Shown here: positions 47,958 through 58,147 of the stretch, one piece after another | Layout of the letters: each line of letters opens with the position of its first letter | Position numbering within the stretch: the first letter of the stretch is position 1 | Assembly: GCA_965208835.1 (NCBI GenBank) | Contig: OZ242358.1 | Location: forward strand, 768,001-832,000 | Direction of reading: 5' to 3' | Length of the DNA: 64,000 nt | From: Candidatus Latescibacterota bacterium | GTDB lineage: Bacteria; Latescibacterota; UBA2968; GCA-2709665 | The notes under the pieces: model-generated | What the model saw: the letters and a program-made list of their open reading frames with translations, nothing else | The model's database searches: none | Told to the model about the DNA's origin: nothing | Made by a program: the position numbers and the translations under genes

Positions 47958-48659
47958 ATGGGAAGGTGCGGTATGGAATCCTGGAGAATAATGGCCTGGT
48001 TGATCGTCATTGGCTCTGTGATTATGGTCGTGACGATTCTGGTTATTCCACCCATTGCCTGGTGGTTTTACAGAAAATATCCCGCCTATCCTGATCAGAA
48101 GTATCGGACATTCTGGCCGAGGTTCTGGGCTGGTATTACTGATGCCCTGGTGCTTTCGCCATTGGCTCTGATTGCACAATACATCTTGACACTCGATGAT
48201 TCATTCTGGGATACGGCACGTTGGCTGTATGTAGTGGTTTTTATCTTGAATTACACGCATGCGTGGGTCTATTCAGTTTATGTGCATGGTCGATTCGGGC
48301 AAACTGTGGGGAAGATGTCTACACGCGTTCGAGTTGTCGATGTCAAGACGGAAGGACCGATTACGTTCAGACATGCCTTGCTTCGAGACAGTGTTCCAAT
48401 ACTCATCTCGGTTTTTTTGCTCCTCTATGAGTCTTACCGACTGATAGCGGGACTGCCTGTCAGTGAGCCTATAGCCAGAATCAGTTCTGATTCGAGTTTA
48501 ACCACTTCAGGTCAGATGTGGATTGCTCTTATCGTGCAGGTTTGGTGGTTCGCTGAAATCGTCACCATGCTCACGAACGATAAGCGTCGAGCGATCCACG
48601 ATTTTATCGCCGGTACGGTTGTGATACGTACGAATATTGAAGCGGAAGAGGGAGATTGA
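47958..48659 (+). CDS. RDD family membrane protein
   Basis: FWPRFWAGITD, GQTVGK...VRVV, RRAIHDFIAGTVV. Confidence 0.9.
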   Translation: MGRCGMESWRIMAWLIVIGSVIMVVTILVIPPIAWWFYRKYPAYPDQKYRTFWPRFWAGITDALVLSPLALIAQYILTLDDSFWDTARWLYVVVFILNYTHAWVYSVYVHGRFGQTVGKMSTRVRVVDVKTEGPITFRHALLRDSVPILISVFLLLYESYRLIAGLPVSEPIARISSDSSLTTSGQMWIALIVQVWWFAEIVTMLTNDKRRAIHDFIAGTVVIRTNIEAEEGD

Positions 48660-48707
48660 ACGGGTGGGATTCGGCGGCAAGGATTACACAATGCAGGAAG
48701 AACATCA

Positions 48708-49883
48708 ATGAGCAGGGTTCGCACCTATACTGATTCGGGTTCGACGTTTCCTGTGCACGTCTTTCTGATCGCAGGCGCGCTCATGGTGGGTACTGTTGCC
48801 GGGTGCGGATGGACTGGTGCTCTGGATGAAATACCGGATGAAGAGCGCATTCCGGAAAAGCCACTGCGATATGTTGGGAAAGTGGCGCTTGAATTGCGAG
48901 AAAGCGTCGAGCTCGTGTTTGATCGGCACATGCCTGAGATTGGGGATGTTGAGTGGATGGGTATTTCACCTGAGGGCACCTTGATGGTCACCGACCGTGA
49001 AAGCCATCAGGCGCACGAAATCAGCTACCGGGATTTAAAGTACATTCGCTCATTCGGGCGCACAGGCAGAGGTCCAGGGGAGCATTTGTCGGCTGACAAT
49101 ATGACGATGGATCCTGAGGGCAGGGTCTATCTCCTTGATGGGGTTCAAGGGCAGATCCTCCGGTATGATCGCAAGGGCCGTTTCCTGGATCGGACCCAAT
49201 CTATCGGGGTATCGAAGATTCACGCCGGTCGCAATGATGGGGTGTTTTTTCTACGTGTAAACTCAAGTCTTATCATGGAATTGCAGCGCCGGGACCCGGC
49301 GACGTGGGCAGTCTTGAGCCGTACACCGCTTTCCGATCCGAAACAGAGTTACGTGTCGTTTCGGATGAGACATCTCGCAAAGTTGTGCTATAACGCTTCG
49401 TTGCAGGTGTTTTATTATCTGGGCCCGAACGACTACATGATCAAAGAGATCGATGCGGTAACAGGTGAGATTTCGGCAAGATTCGGCCGGCGCCCGAAAG
49501 AATTCGTTGCGGTGCCCGATCTCTACCACCATATCGGGCGTGGAACCTTTGACGAATTGAGACCATTGGACATTACCACTGTAGGATCTATGACATTGGT
49601 TGAGGATCGATATCTGTTCGTCTCATACGACCACCCGGAAACTCTAACGAGGGAATGGGTCGTCTATTTGATAAGTCCGTCCGGGACGTTTGATGTGTTC
49701 GATCTGGATGACGTTACGAGTGGACGCCTTCGGCGATTCAGCGGCCACGGCGGTGTAACGACGATGGGAGCAATCACCTCCGCAAAAGAGTCCATATATA
49801 TCTGGAGACCACCTCGTAGAGAAGTTGCGGACAAATCCATCGGCACAATAGAAAAATACGAGGTAGTGCTGGACCTGAATTAA
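48708..49883 (+). CDS. 6-bladed beta-propeller (NHL-like) lipoprotein, copy 1
   Basis: Lipobox VAGC; FGRTGRGPGE; DPEGRVYLLD. Confidence 0.75.
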   Translation: MSRVRTYTDSGSTFPVHVFLIAGALMVGTVAGCGWTGALDEIPDEERIPEKPLRYVGKVALELRESVELVFDRHMPEIGDVEWMGISPEGTLMVTDRESHQAHEISYRDLKYIRSFGRTGRGPGEHLSADNMTMDPEGRVYLLDGVQGQILRYDRKGRFLDRTQSIGVSKIHAGRNDGVFFLRVNSSLIMELQRRDPATWAVLSRTPLSDPKQSYVSFRMRHLAKLCYNASLQVFYYLGPNDYMIKEIDAVTGEISARFGRRPKEFVAVPDLYHHIGRGTFDELRPLDITTVGSMTLVEDRYLFVSYDHPETLTREWVVYLISPSGTFDVFDLDDVTSGRLRRFSGHGGVTTMGAITSAKESIYIWRPPRREVADKSIGTIEKYEVVLDLN

Positions 49884-50111
49884 GCAGGGTCGCCGGGACA
49901 CAGAGGCATTTCGCCAAGGTTCATTTCATTCATCTTCCAGGCTGTCAGCACCCGATTTCCGCGCCGAAGAGTCTATGCGAATCAAAATTGCCATCGCTAC
50001 TATTCTCGGTCGCGCGCCGACATTGCGGCAAGCCTCCTGAAGGCCGTGGGTTGCGACCGAAGGGATTCTCGAGGACGGCGGCAAGGTACAATCAATGAAT
50101 GGAGAACGCCA

Positions 50112-51281
50112 ATGAGCAGGGTTCGCACGTATATTAATTTGAGCTCGATATTTCCTGTTCGCGTCTTTTGGATCGCTGGCGCGGTCATTGTGGGTATTAT
50201 TGCAGGATGCAGAGGGGATCGGGTCTTGGAAGGGGTATCGGATGACGAGCGCATTCCCGAGAAGCAACTGCGATATGCTGGGAAAGTGGCGCTTGAATTG
50301 CAAGAAACCCTCGAGCTTGGGTTTGATCAGGACATGCCCGGGATCGGGCTTGTTCGTTGGATGGGTATTTCACCTGAGGGCACCTTGTTGGTTACAGACT
50401 TTGAAAGCCATCGGGCGCACGAAATCAACTACCGGGACAACAGGTACATTCGCTCATTCGGGCGTACAGGCAGAGGTCTAGGGGAGCATTTGTCGGCTGA
50501 AAATATGACGATAGATCCTGAGGGCAGGGTCTATCTCCTGGATCCGGCTCGAGGGCAGGTCCTCCGGTTTGATCGCATGGGCCAATTTCTGGATCAGGCC
50601 AAATCTACCGGTGCATCGAAGATCCATGCCGGTCGCACAGGAGAGATATTTACTCTACGTGTAAACTCGAGTCTTATCATGGAATTGCAGCGCCAGGACC
50701 AGGCGACGTGGGGCGTTTTAAGCAGTACACCGCTTTCCATTCGAAAGCAGAGTATTGTGTCGTTTCGGTATAGAAGTGCGGCGCAGTTGTGCTATAATGC
50801 TTCGCTGCAGGTGTATTATTATCTTGGCCCGAATGACTACATGATCAAAGAGATCGACGCGGGAACAGGTGAGATTACGGCGAAATTCGGTCGGCGCCCG
50901 AATGGATTCGTTGCGTTGCCCGATCGCTACCACGATATCGGGCGTGGAACCCTAGACGATTTGGAACAACTGGATTTTTCCCGTGTAGGATCGATGACAT
51001 TAATCAGGGATCAATATCTATTGGTTTCATACGACCATCCAGGATCTCGAAGGTGGGAATGGGTCATGTATATGATAAATCCGTCCGGGTCGCTTGATGT
51101 GTTTGATCTGGATGACGTTACGAGTGGACTCTTTCAGCCGTTCAGCCACGACGGTGTGGATATGGGAGCCATCACGGCCGCGCAAGAATTCCTATATATT
51201 TGGAGACCACCTCGTAGGCGAGTTGCCGACAGATCCAGCGGTACCATTGAAAAATACGCGGTTATGTTGCACCGGAACTGA
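50112..51281 (+). CDS. 6-bladed beta-propeller lipoprotein, copy 2
   Basis: Lipobox IAGC; collinear paralog; start set by homology. Confidence 0.75.
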   Translation: MSRVRTYINLSSIFPVRVFWIAGAVIVGIIAGCRGDRVLEGVSDDERIPEKQLRYAGKVALELQETLELGFDQDMPGIGLVRWMGISPEGTLLVTDFESHRAHEINYRDNRYIRSFGRTGRGLGEHLSAENMTIDPEGRVYLLDPARGQVLRFDRMGQFLDQAKSTGASKIHAGRTGEIFTLRVNSSLIMELQRQDQATWGVLSSTPLSIRKQSIVSFRYRSAAQLCYNASLQVYYYLGPNDYMIKEIDAGTGEITAKFGRRPNGFVALPDRYHDIGRGTLDDLEQLDFSRVGSMTLIRDQYLLVSYDHPGSRRWEWVMYMINPSGSLDVFDLDDVTSGLFQPFSHDGVDMGAITAAQEFLYIWRPPRRRVADRSSGTIEKYAVMLHRN

Positions 51282-51510
51282 GAAAGGTCGCTGGGACAAC
51301 CAGGGATTTCGCGGTGGTTGATTTCAATCATCCTCCAAGCTGTCAGCGGGCGACCCGCGGGCCGATGTGTCTATACGAATCGAAACTGGCATCGCTGCTA
51401 TTCTCGGTCGCACGCCGACATTGTGGCAAGCCTCCTGAAGGCTGTGGGGTTGCAACCGAAGGGTCCGTCGAGGCCCGCGGCAAGGAACACTCAATAAAGG
51501 GAGAACGCCA

Positions 51511-52689
51511 ATGAGTATGGATCGTGTGTACACTTATTTGAGCTCGATATTTCCTGTGCGCATCTCTCTGATCGCTGGCGCGCTCATCGTGGCGACTATT
51601 GCCGGGTGCGGAGGGGAACGCGTTTTGGAAGGGGTATCGGATGACGAGCGCATTCCCGAGAAGCCACTGCGATATGCAGGGAAAGTGGCGCTTGAATTGC
51701 AAGAAACCTTCGAGTTTGGGTTTGATCAGGACACGCCTGTGATCGGGCGTGTTGATTGGATGGGTATTTCACCTGAGGGCACTTTGATGGTTACCGACTT
51801 TGAAAGCGATCAGGCGCACGAAATCAACTACCGGGACAATATGTACATTCGCTCATTCGGGCGCGCAGGCAGAGGTCCAGGGGAGCATTGGTCGGCTGAA
51901 AGCATGTCGATAGATCCTGAGGGCAGGGTATACCTCCTTGATGGGGTTCAAGGGCAGATTCACCGGTATGATCGCAAGGGCCGGTTTTTGGATCGGACCG
52001 AATCTATCGGCATATCGAAGATTTATTCCGGTCGCCAGGGAGAGATATTTTCACTACGCGTAAACCCAACAAGCCTCATCATGGAACTACAGCGCCGTGA
52101 CCCGGCGACGTGGGGCGTCTTAAGCAACACGCCGCTTTCCAATCCGAATCAGAGTTTCGTGTCGATTCGGATGAGGAAATTCGCGAGGTTGTGCTATAAT
52201 GCTTCACTGCAGGTGTTTTATTATCTGGGCCCGAATGAATACATGGTCAAAGAGATCGATGCGGCAACAGGTGAGATTACGGCGAAATTCGGCCGGCGCC
52301 CGAATGGATTCGTTGCGTTGCCCGATCGCTACCGCGATATCGGGCGCGGAACTTATGAGGATTTGCAAGAAGTGAGAATTACCCTTGCAGCATCTATGAC
52401 ATTGGTTGAGGATCGATATTTGTTTGTCTCCTACGACCACCCGGAATCTCCAATGAGGGAATGGGTCGTCTATATGGTTAATTCGTCCGGGTCGTTTGAT
52501 GTGTTCGATTTGGATGAAGTATCGAGTCTACGGCTACAGCTAATCGGCGGTCACGGCCGTGTGCCGATGGGCGCCATCACCGCGGCGCAAGAATCCATAT
52601 ATATTTGGAGACCGCCTCGCCATAACGAAGTTGCGGAGAATTCCAACGGAACGTTAGAAAAATACGCGGTTGTGTTGGACCGGAACTAA
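51511..52689 (+). CDS. 6-bladed beta-propeller lipoprotein, copy 3
   Basis: Lipobox IAGC; collinear paralog. Confidence 0.75.
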   Translation: MSMDRVYTYLSSIFPVRISLIAGALIVATIAGCGGERVLEGVSDDERIPEKPLRYAGKVALELQETFEFGFDQDTPVIGRVDWMGISPEGTLMVTDFESDQAHEINYRDNMYIRSFGRAGRGPGEHWSAESMSIDPEGRVYLLDGVQGQIHRYDRKGRFLDRTESIGISKIYSGRQGEIFSLRVNPTSLIMELQRRDPATWGVLSNTPLSNPNQSFVSIRMRKFARLCYNASLQVFYYLGPNEYMVKEIDAATGEITAKFGRRPNGFVALPDRYRDIGRGTYEDLQEVRITLAASMTLVEDRYLFVSYDHPESPMREWVVYMVNSSGSFDVFDLDEVSSLRLQLIGGHGRVPMGAITAAQESIYIWRPPRHNEVAENSNGTLEKYAVVLDRN

Positions 52690-52805
52690 GAAGGGTCGCC
52701 GGGACACAGAGGCATTTCGCGAAGGTTCATTTCGTTCATCCTCCAGTCTGTCAGCAACCGATTCCCGGGCCGAAGTGTCTACACGAATCGAAACTGGCAT
52801 AGCTG

Positions 52806-53480
52806 CTATTTTCGGTCGCGCGCCGACATCGCGGCGAGCCTCTTGAAGGCCGTGGGTTCGGGGCCGTGTTTTAGATGTTTCAGTATTACCTGGCTGCATT
52901 CCTCCGGACTCATCTTCTCGGTATCTACCTGGAGGTCATAGATTCCGGGTCTGTGCACTTCGCGATCCCATCGATGCACGCTGTAAGGCGGAGGCGTGTC
53001 ATCGGGAATTCGCTGCTCCTTGAGCCACGTGTTGCGCCGCCGTTCCCATACGATTTCAACAGGACAACGCACGCCGACGAACAGAACCGGCAGACCTTCC
53101 ATTCGCCGGGCGCATTCGTAAAGGAGTCCCTGAGGAACATCGTAGTCGTCATGGTGGCCGACGTCGACAACGACGTTTACACCCAGACTACTGTGTACCG
53201 CAATCGACTCATACATCGCTGCATACATTGTTGGCACCAGGGCTTCGACATTCTCTCTTCGTACGAACGGTTTTGCTTCCATTTTCTCAATCCCGGCCGG
53301 CCGCAGCCCGATGCCCGGACGATACTGTTCCGGTGTAATGCGTATGTAACGATCTGCACCCAGATTCATCCATAATTCATCCGACGCTTCCTGGATCGCA
53401 GTGGCAATGCTCGACTTCCCGGATCGCGGAGCGCCGTTCAGAATGACGATCTGTCCCAACCGTGTTTCCTGTGCCATCAT
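52806..53480 (-). CDS. Chloramphenicol phosphotransferase (CPT)-like P-loop kinase
   Basis: ILNGAPRSGKS, LFVGVRCP, YDLQVDT...SPEEC. Confidence 0.85.
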   Translation of the reverse strand: MMAQETRLGQIVILNGAPRSGKSSIATAIQEASDELWMNLGADRYIRITPEQYRPGIGLRPAGIEKMEAKPFVRRENVEALVPTMYAAMYESIAVHSSLGVNVVVDVGHHDDYDVPQGLLYECARRMEGLPVLFVGVRCPVEIVWERRRNTWLKEQRIPDDTPPPYSVHRWDREVHRPGIYDLQVDTEKMSPEECSQVILKHLKHGPEPTAFKRLAAMSARDRK

Positions 53481-53601
53481 CTATCGTGCCTCAACAGTCG
53501 TAATCATGCCTTAAACAGCTATTGATCGCCGAGTCCGCCACATCCAAGGACGCCCGTAAAATAACTCGCGAAAAACCGTCGCGCGCTCTTCAACGGTGAT
53601 C

Positions 53602-54021
53602 TCATATCCTCCTCACGACTTCCACAACGCCTTCAGCCGGGCGCATGCGGACGGTATCGCCGGTCCGGATGGTCGCCAGCGGGTCAGGCTCGAGTTCGTG
53701 CATCAACGCCACGTTCGCCAGCACCGCGCCCTGCACCATCACCGGATTGGTACGACCGAAGATGAACCCCGCCGGGCAGGTTTCCCTCTCAACCATGTCC
53801 AGCATCATCCACGACGTGGCCACGCCCCCTTTGGACGTGCGGAACACGACGATTTTTCCGGAGATCGACTGCCCGTATAGCGGATGGGACTCACGGCTGA
53901 TCACGCCCCGGTACCGGTCATAGTCATACCGCGCGCTGAAGCCCTCGTCGCATACCAGCGCGACCCCTTCCGCGTTGGGTCCGACACCCGGATGCCCGCG
54001 AAGAATAGTAGTCTCAAGCAT
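53602..54021 (-). CDS. Aconitase X swivel subunit (DUF126)
   Basis: HPLYGQSISGKIVVF..SKG, IRTGD. Confidence 0.85.
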   Translation of the reverse strand: MLETTILRGHPGVGPNAEGVALVCDEGFSARYDYDRYRGVISRESHPLYGQSISGKIVVFRTSKGGVATSWMMLDMVERETCPAGFIFGRTNPVMVQGAVLANVALMHELEPDPLATIRTGDTVRMRPAEGVVEVVRRI

Positions 54022-54084
54022 TGTTGATTACTCGCTACCCAACGGCGAAGCGTCGGAAGGAAAGTTTCCGTCTCCACCCCCTCT

Positions 54085-55323
54085 TTACCCGACTCTTCCT
54101 GTCACCGCCGCATCGATACACGTTTCCACCGGCCGGAATATCGGGTTGTATCCATATCCGGAAATAATATTCGCCAGCTTCGCCGAATTCGTTACCAGCG
54201 TGCGGTAATGAAAACGCTCTTGCAGGACTCGGGCGTTCATAATATAGAAACAGACCCCCGCAAGGATCCTCCCTCCCGCGTTTTCCACGATATCCGTATG
54301 TCCCATCCGGTCAGCCAGCGCTTTGATCTGATAATTCGTGGTCAGATACAGCGTTGTGTCGGGATGCACGCGCCGACCCCTCAGCAGTTCCGCGATCGAC
54401 TGAAGTTCGAAGAGCGAAAGTTGCGGCGTGCCGCACACGACGAGGTCGACCGCATCTTTCTCAGGCTGGAAGGAATCATACGCCGCCCGCAGCGTTCCCT
54501 GCGATATCACGATCGTCTCCTCCGGCTCTGGACCTCCATAAGCCTCTTCGGCCGTTCGGGCCTCGGGCGTCACCCCCACCATATGAAACATCGCCAGCGA
54601 CCCGTAACTGGCCAGCGCCGCGCCGAGGTGCTTCAGGTCGTCGGTCGACGGCCTTTCCTGAATGCCCTCGAATACCGGAACACGCCAGTAGTCGTCCACC
54701 CGCCGCCCCACAACGCAGCCGAGCGCGCCCCAATCGCTGTTCGACTTCGGTGGGTCCTCAACCATCACGCGAACGGTGCCCCGCCGCTTTTCAGGAAGGT
54801 GAAACCCGTAGCGCGGCACCCGGCCCGTAAGGCCCGACCACACGGCCGCGGGCCCGGCCTCGAAGTTCGATCTTGCGCCGGCAACGGAGTTCGCAAAGAT
54901 CACCGTGCCCGTATCGCCCCAGCCCAGATGCTCGCCGAATCGCGGCGGGTCCACGGTCTGATAGTTGATGCAGGTGTTGCACGGCAGCGCACCCATCGCC
55001 GTCAGTGCGTTCACGATACGGCGTTCCCTGTTTACGGTATCCTCGTCCTGCCCAACGTCCCGCCACATGGCGAAATCCACGCTCCGGGGATTGGTCGTCA
55101 CCGGGACCCGGAAACGCGCGCCCGCGGCGGCGGTTTCTTCCAGATAACGCAACCCCGGTTCCGCCAGCGCTTCGATGTCCGCCATCGCGTGTGCCGTTTG
55201 GACCGGCACGAAGTCCTCCGCGCGGAAGAACGTCCCCACCTCCATCTGCCGAGCAAGCGCTTCGCGGGCGGCAGGTCCCATCTCTCCTGCCAGCATCGCC
55301 TTCTCTTCACACGTCAACTTCAT
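54085..55323 (-). CDS. Aconitase X catalytic subunit (DUF521)
   Basis: FANSVAGARSN, LKHLGAALAS, FHMVGVTPEA, TNSAK. Confidence 0.9.
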   Translation of the reverse strand: MKLTCEEKAMLAGEMGPAAREALARQMEVGTFFRAEDFVPVQTAHAMADIEALAEPGLRYLEETAAAGARFRVPVTTNPRSVDFAMWRDVGQDEDTVNRERRIVNALTAMGALPCNTCINYQTVDPPRFGEHLGWGDTGTVIFANSVAGARSNFEAGPAAVWSGLTGRVPRYGFHLPEKRRGTVRVMVEDPPKSNSDWGALGCVVGRRVDDYWRVPVFEGIQERPSTDDLKHLGAALASYGSLAMFHMVGVTPEARTAEEAYGGPEPEETIVISQGTLRAAYDSFQPEKDAVDLVVCGTPQLSLFELQSIAELLRGRRVHPDTTLYLTTNYQIKALADRMGHTDIVENAGGRILAGVCFYIMNARVLQERFHYRTLVTNSAKLANIISGYGYNPIFRPVETCIDAAVTGRVG

Positions 55324-55461
55324 GGGCGTCCCCGAAAACTCTCGAGCATACTATGAATTGAAACTGCGACTGGCCCGGTTACAGCTCTACCCCAAAGTGG
55401 CATTCCGTACCCCGGTCGCCGAGATGTGAAGTCCAGTGACTGGGCGAAACCTGCCTTTCCT

Positions 55462-55637
55462 CCCTCTCTCCCGCGGGAGAGAGGGCCGGGGAGAGAGGTC
55501 GCCTAAAAGCGGTGAGAAGGTAGAGGGAAGCCGGTAGAAGAAGCCCTTGCCCGATTGATAATTTTTCGTTGCCTCCGGCACGAAGAGAAACCTCACAAGG
55601 CAGGAAATCTCTCCCCTCTCCCGTCTAACGTCTACCC
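55462..55637 (-). repeat. R1 copy 6 (extended)
   Basis: CCCTCTCTCCCGCGGGAGAGAGGG hairpin + R1 core + GTCTAAC/GTCTACC heptamers. Confidence 0.8.
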
Positions 55638-55655
55638 GATTTTGATTGTTTCTTC

Positions 55656-56192
55656 CTATCCGATAGTCTTCACCATATCGATCAGGTCGCAGGTCTCGCC
55701 GGAGTCCATCAATACCCAGTCCGGACGGCGGCCGGATTCCACGTAGCCGACTTTCCGGTAGACGTGGACCGCGGAGACATTGGCGGACCACACGGTGAGA
55801 TACAGCCTGCGCGCGCCGAGCTTCCGGGACTCGTCTTCCAGGATCTGCATAAGGCGAGTGCCTATTCCACGGCCACGCGCTCGTGCCACCAGGGCAAGTC
55901 CGATTGTACAATAGTCGTGCCCGCTTCTTGTTGTGAATCCTTCGCCAACCAGAACGCCGTCCTGCTCCACGAGGAGATAACTCGACTGCTTCTGTCTAAG
56001 CCCGACCAGGGCCTGTGAGAGTTCGCGGCCCCCGGAGGCGGCGTCGAGTTCAAGGCGCCTGCACATGACGTTCTCGCGCGTAAGCGTCAGGTGCATGTCG
56101 ATGAAGGCGTCCAGGTCGCTCCAGCGAGGATACCGGAAACGCGTCTCGGTTCCTTCAATCGAAAAGGATTCGATGACGTGACCTTCTTGCAT
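55656..56192 (-). CDS. GNAT family N-acetyltransferase
   Basis: ARGRGIGTRLM, N.SAVHVYRKVGY. Confidence 0.9.
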   Translation of the reverse strand: MQEGHVIESFSIEGTETRFRYPRWSDLDAFIDMHLTLTRENVMCRRLELDAASGGRELSQALVGLRQKQSSYLLVEQDGVLVGEGFTTRSGHDYCTIGLALVARARGRGIGTRLMQILEDESRKLGARRLYLTVWSANVSAVHVYRKVGYVESGRRPDWVLMDSGETCDLIDMVKTIG

Positions 56193-56468
56193 AACAGAAA
56201 CCCTGAATTCTGAAGTTCGAATCTCCGCGACAGGAATTCCCGATCAAAATAACCCGGCGCACGGACTGGCGCAAGCCCGGTGGGACCGAGTACCCCGTCC
56301 CGGACATATCTTGCAATTCATTCCGTCTGGCCCGGTTGTAAAGCCAAAGCTTGTGGAAGCGCCCGTGATTCGCTACGCGTGACGTCGAATAACCGCCCCT
56401 CCAACGGCCCCTTTTCGTTAGGATTGGGGGCCCGGTGCAGACGTCTCGCACTCAGTAAACGACGATGG

Positions 56469-56720
56469 TATCTAACGCGATGCCACTCAGGAGCACGACC
56501 AGAGCAGAGCGCGCTATTCCGTCCAGTACCGGCGTTCGCTGTTCTTCCGTGGCTGACAGGGCGGAAGTTCTAGTGCGAACCGTGGGTGTATTCGCGCTAT
56601 GCATAACGCAGGCTCCGCGCCCAGCGGCGACTTTTGGTTCCTTTTGGTCGCTTCAAAAGGAACACGCCGTAGGCAGGGAAATTGGGGAGATGTGGATCTT
56701 GAATTTGGTTTTAATCTTTG
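56469..56720. repeat. Structured element E1, copy B
   Basis: Homolog of 20280..20531. Confidence 0.75.
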
Positions 56721-56882
56721 GTTCCTTGACGAACCTCTCGGCGCAGGGCCAGGGTGAGAGGTCTTGCTTTTAGCCGACTGCCAATGGCTTCTCGCTCAAG
56801 GTTGTCTTTGCTACTTCTGATCGGCCGAATTTCGGCCATCTGTTTACGGGAGAGAACACAGCCTGAAAGTTCCTTTTTGCGC

Positions 56883-56911
56883 TTGACGCGTGCGTATTGC
56901 GGTGTTAAAAT
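56883..56911 (+). promoter_or_regulatory. Putative sigma70 promoter
   Basis: TTGACG-N17-TAAAAT upstream of the gene cluster starting at 57061. Confidence 0.6.
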
Positions 56912-57060
56912 GCATCCCTCCGACCCCTGAAGTACCACCCGTGGAAGACTGAAATACGAAAGCCGGCGTTGAGGGGCCGGGCGTGCTGAACACTTACGGC
57001 TGAAAGCTGATCATCGGCCTGGACGGGCTTCATTTACGGACGGGTAAAGGGAGCAGACTT

Positions 57061-58104
57061 ATGAAGACGTATCGTGTTGCGATTGTCGGTTTGGGGCGAA
57101 TGGGCAGTACGATCGACGAGGAAGTGGTGGGCTATCCATCCATCACGCTGCCGTATTCGGTGGCGGCGTCGTGCAAGGCGAGCGAGCGCCTGAAACTCGT
57201 GGCGGGGTCGGACCTCGTGGAGGAAAAGCGGCGCGCATTCGGTGAAAAGTGGGGGGTGGCGGCGTTGTACGAGGATTATCTCGAGATGATCGAAGTGGAA
57301 CGGCCAGATATGGTCGCGGTGTGCACGAAAGGGGTCCTGCACGCCGAGATGGGGGTGGCGGTCGCCCGGGCGGGCGTGCCCATGCTCTACCTGGAGAAGG
57401 CAATGGCGTGTTCGATGGCCGAAGCCGACGCGGTCCGGGATGCCTGCCGGGAACACGGGACCGTGTTCAATACCGGCGTCCTGCGGCGGTTCGACAACCG
57501 CTACCACGCGGCGAGGGCGCTGATCGCGCAGGGGGAAATCGGCAAGGTCAGTGTGGCGGTGCATTTTTCCCGTTCGAATCTTCTGCACGGACACGTCCAT
57601 TCGATAGACACGCTTTCGTATCTGCTGGGAGATCCGAAGATCGCGCGGGTGCGGGGAGAGCTGCTTCCGGAAGACCTGGCGATGGAGAACAACCGCCTGG
57701 ATGAAGATCCGGTTTCGAGGTATCACCTGGAATTCGAAGACGGCGCGGAAGCGTGGACCATTCCCGCCGGTCATTGGGAGTTCGAGGTTGTGGGGAGCGA
57801 GGGGGCGATTCGGTCGCGGAACAACGGTGTAGGCTGGGAATTGCGCAAGGTGGAACCCGGGAGGGGAGTTCGTCCGTCCGTGGAAGCTGCCGCATTTCCG
57901 GAGGTGGAACCGCGGAGCGCCGTGGTCGAGTGCCTGGAGGACCTGGTGGCCGCCCACGAATCGGGAGCGCCCTCGCTGGGCAACGTGGAGGTCACGCATC
58001 ACGTCACGGAGGCCTGTTTCGCCGTGGCCGAGAGCCATCGCCGGAACGGCGCACGGGTGGCGCCATCCGAAGTAGACCGGGATCTGTACATCTTTCACGT
58101 GTGA
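57061..58104 (+). CDS. Gfo/Idh/MocA family oxidoreductase
   Basis: VAIVGLGRMG, PDMVAVCT, LEKAM. Confidence 0.9.
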   Translation: MKTYRVAIVGLGRMGSTIDEEVVGYPSITLPYSVAASCKASERLKLVAGSDLVEEKRRAFGEKWGVAALYEDYLEMIEVERPDMVAVCTKGVLHAEMGVAVARAGVPMLYLEKAMACSMAEADAVRDACREHGTVFNTGVLRRFDNRYHAARALIAQGEIGKVSVAVHFSRSNLLHGHVHSIDTLSYLLGDPKIARVRGELLPEDLAMENNRLDEDPVSRYHLEFEDGAEAWTIPAGHWEFEVVGSEGAIRSRNNGVGWELRKVEPGRGVRPSVEAAAFPEVEPRSAVVECLEDLVAAHESGAPSLGNVEVTHHVTEACFAVAESHRRNGARVAPSEVDRDLYIFHV

Positions 58105-58147
58105 CAGGCGCGTCTGGCGCCGACACCGCTTCCATAAACGAGGTTTT

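Noticed and set aside
48708-52689. Diversity-generating retroelement explanation for the variable paralogs
   Set aside because: No reverse transcriptase in the window, and no template/variable repeat pair with adenine-specific differences; whole-gene duplication explains the pattern.
43411-53480. MBL-fold and CPT-like genes as antibiotic resistance determinants
   Set aside because: Motifs fit broad families (YtnP-like hydrolase; generic CPT-like kinase); resistance cannot be supported from sequence.
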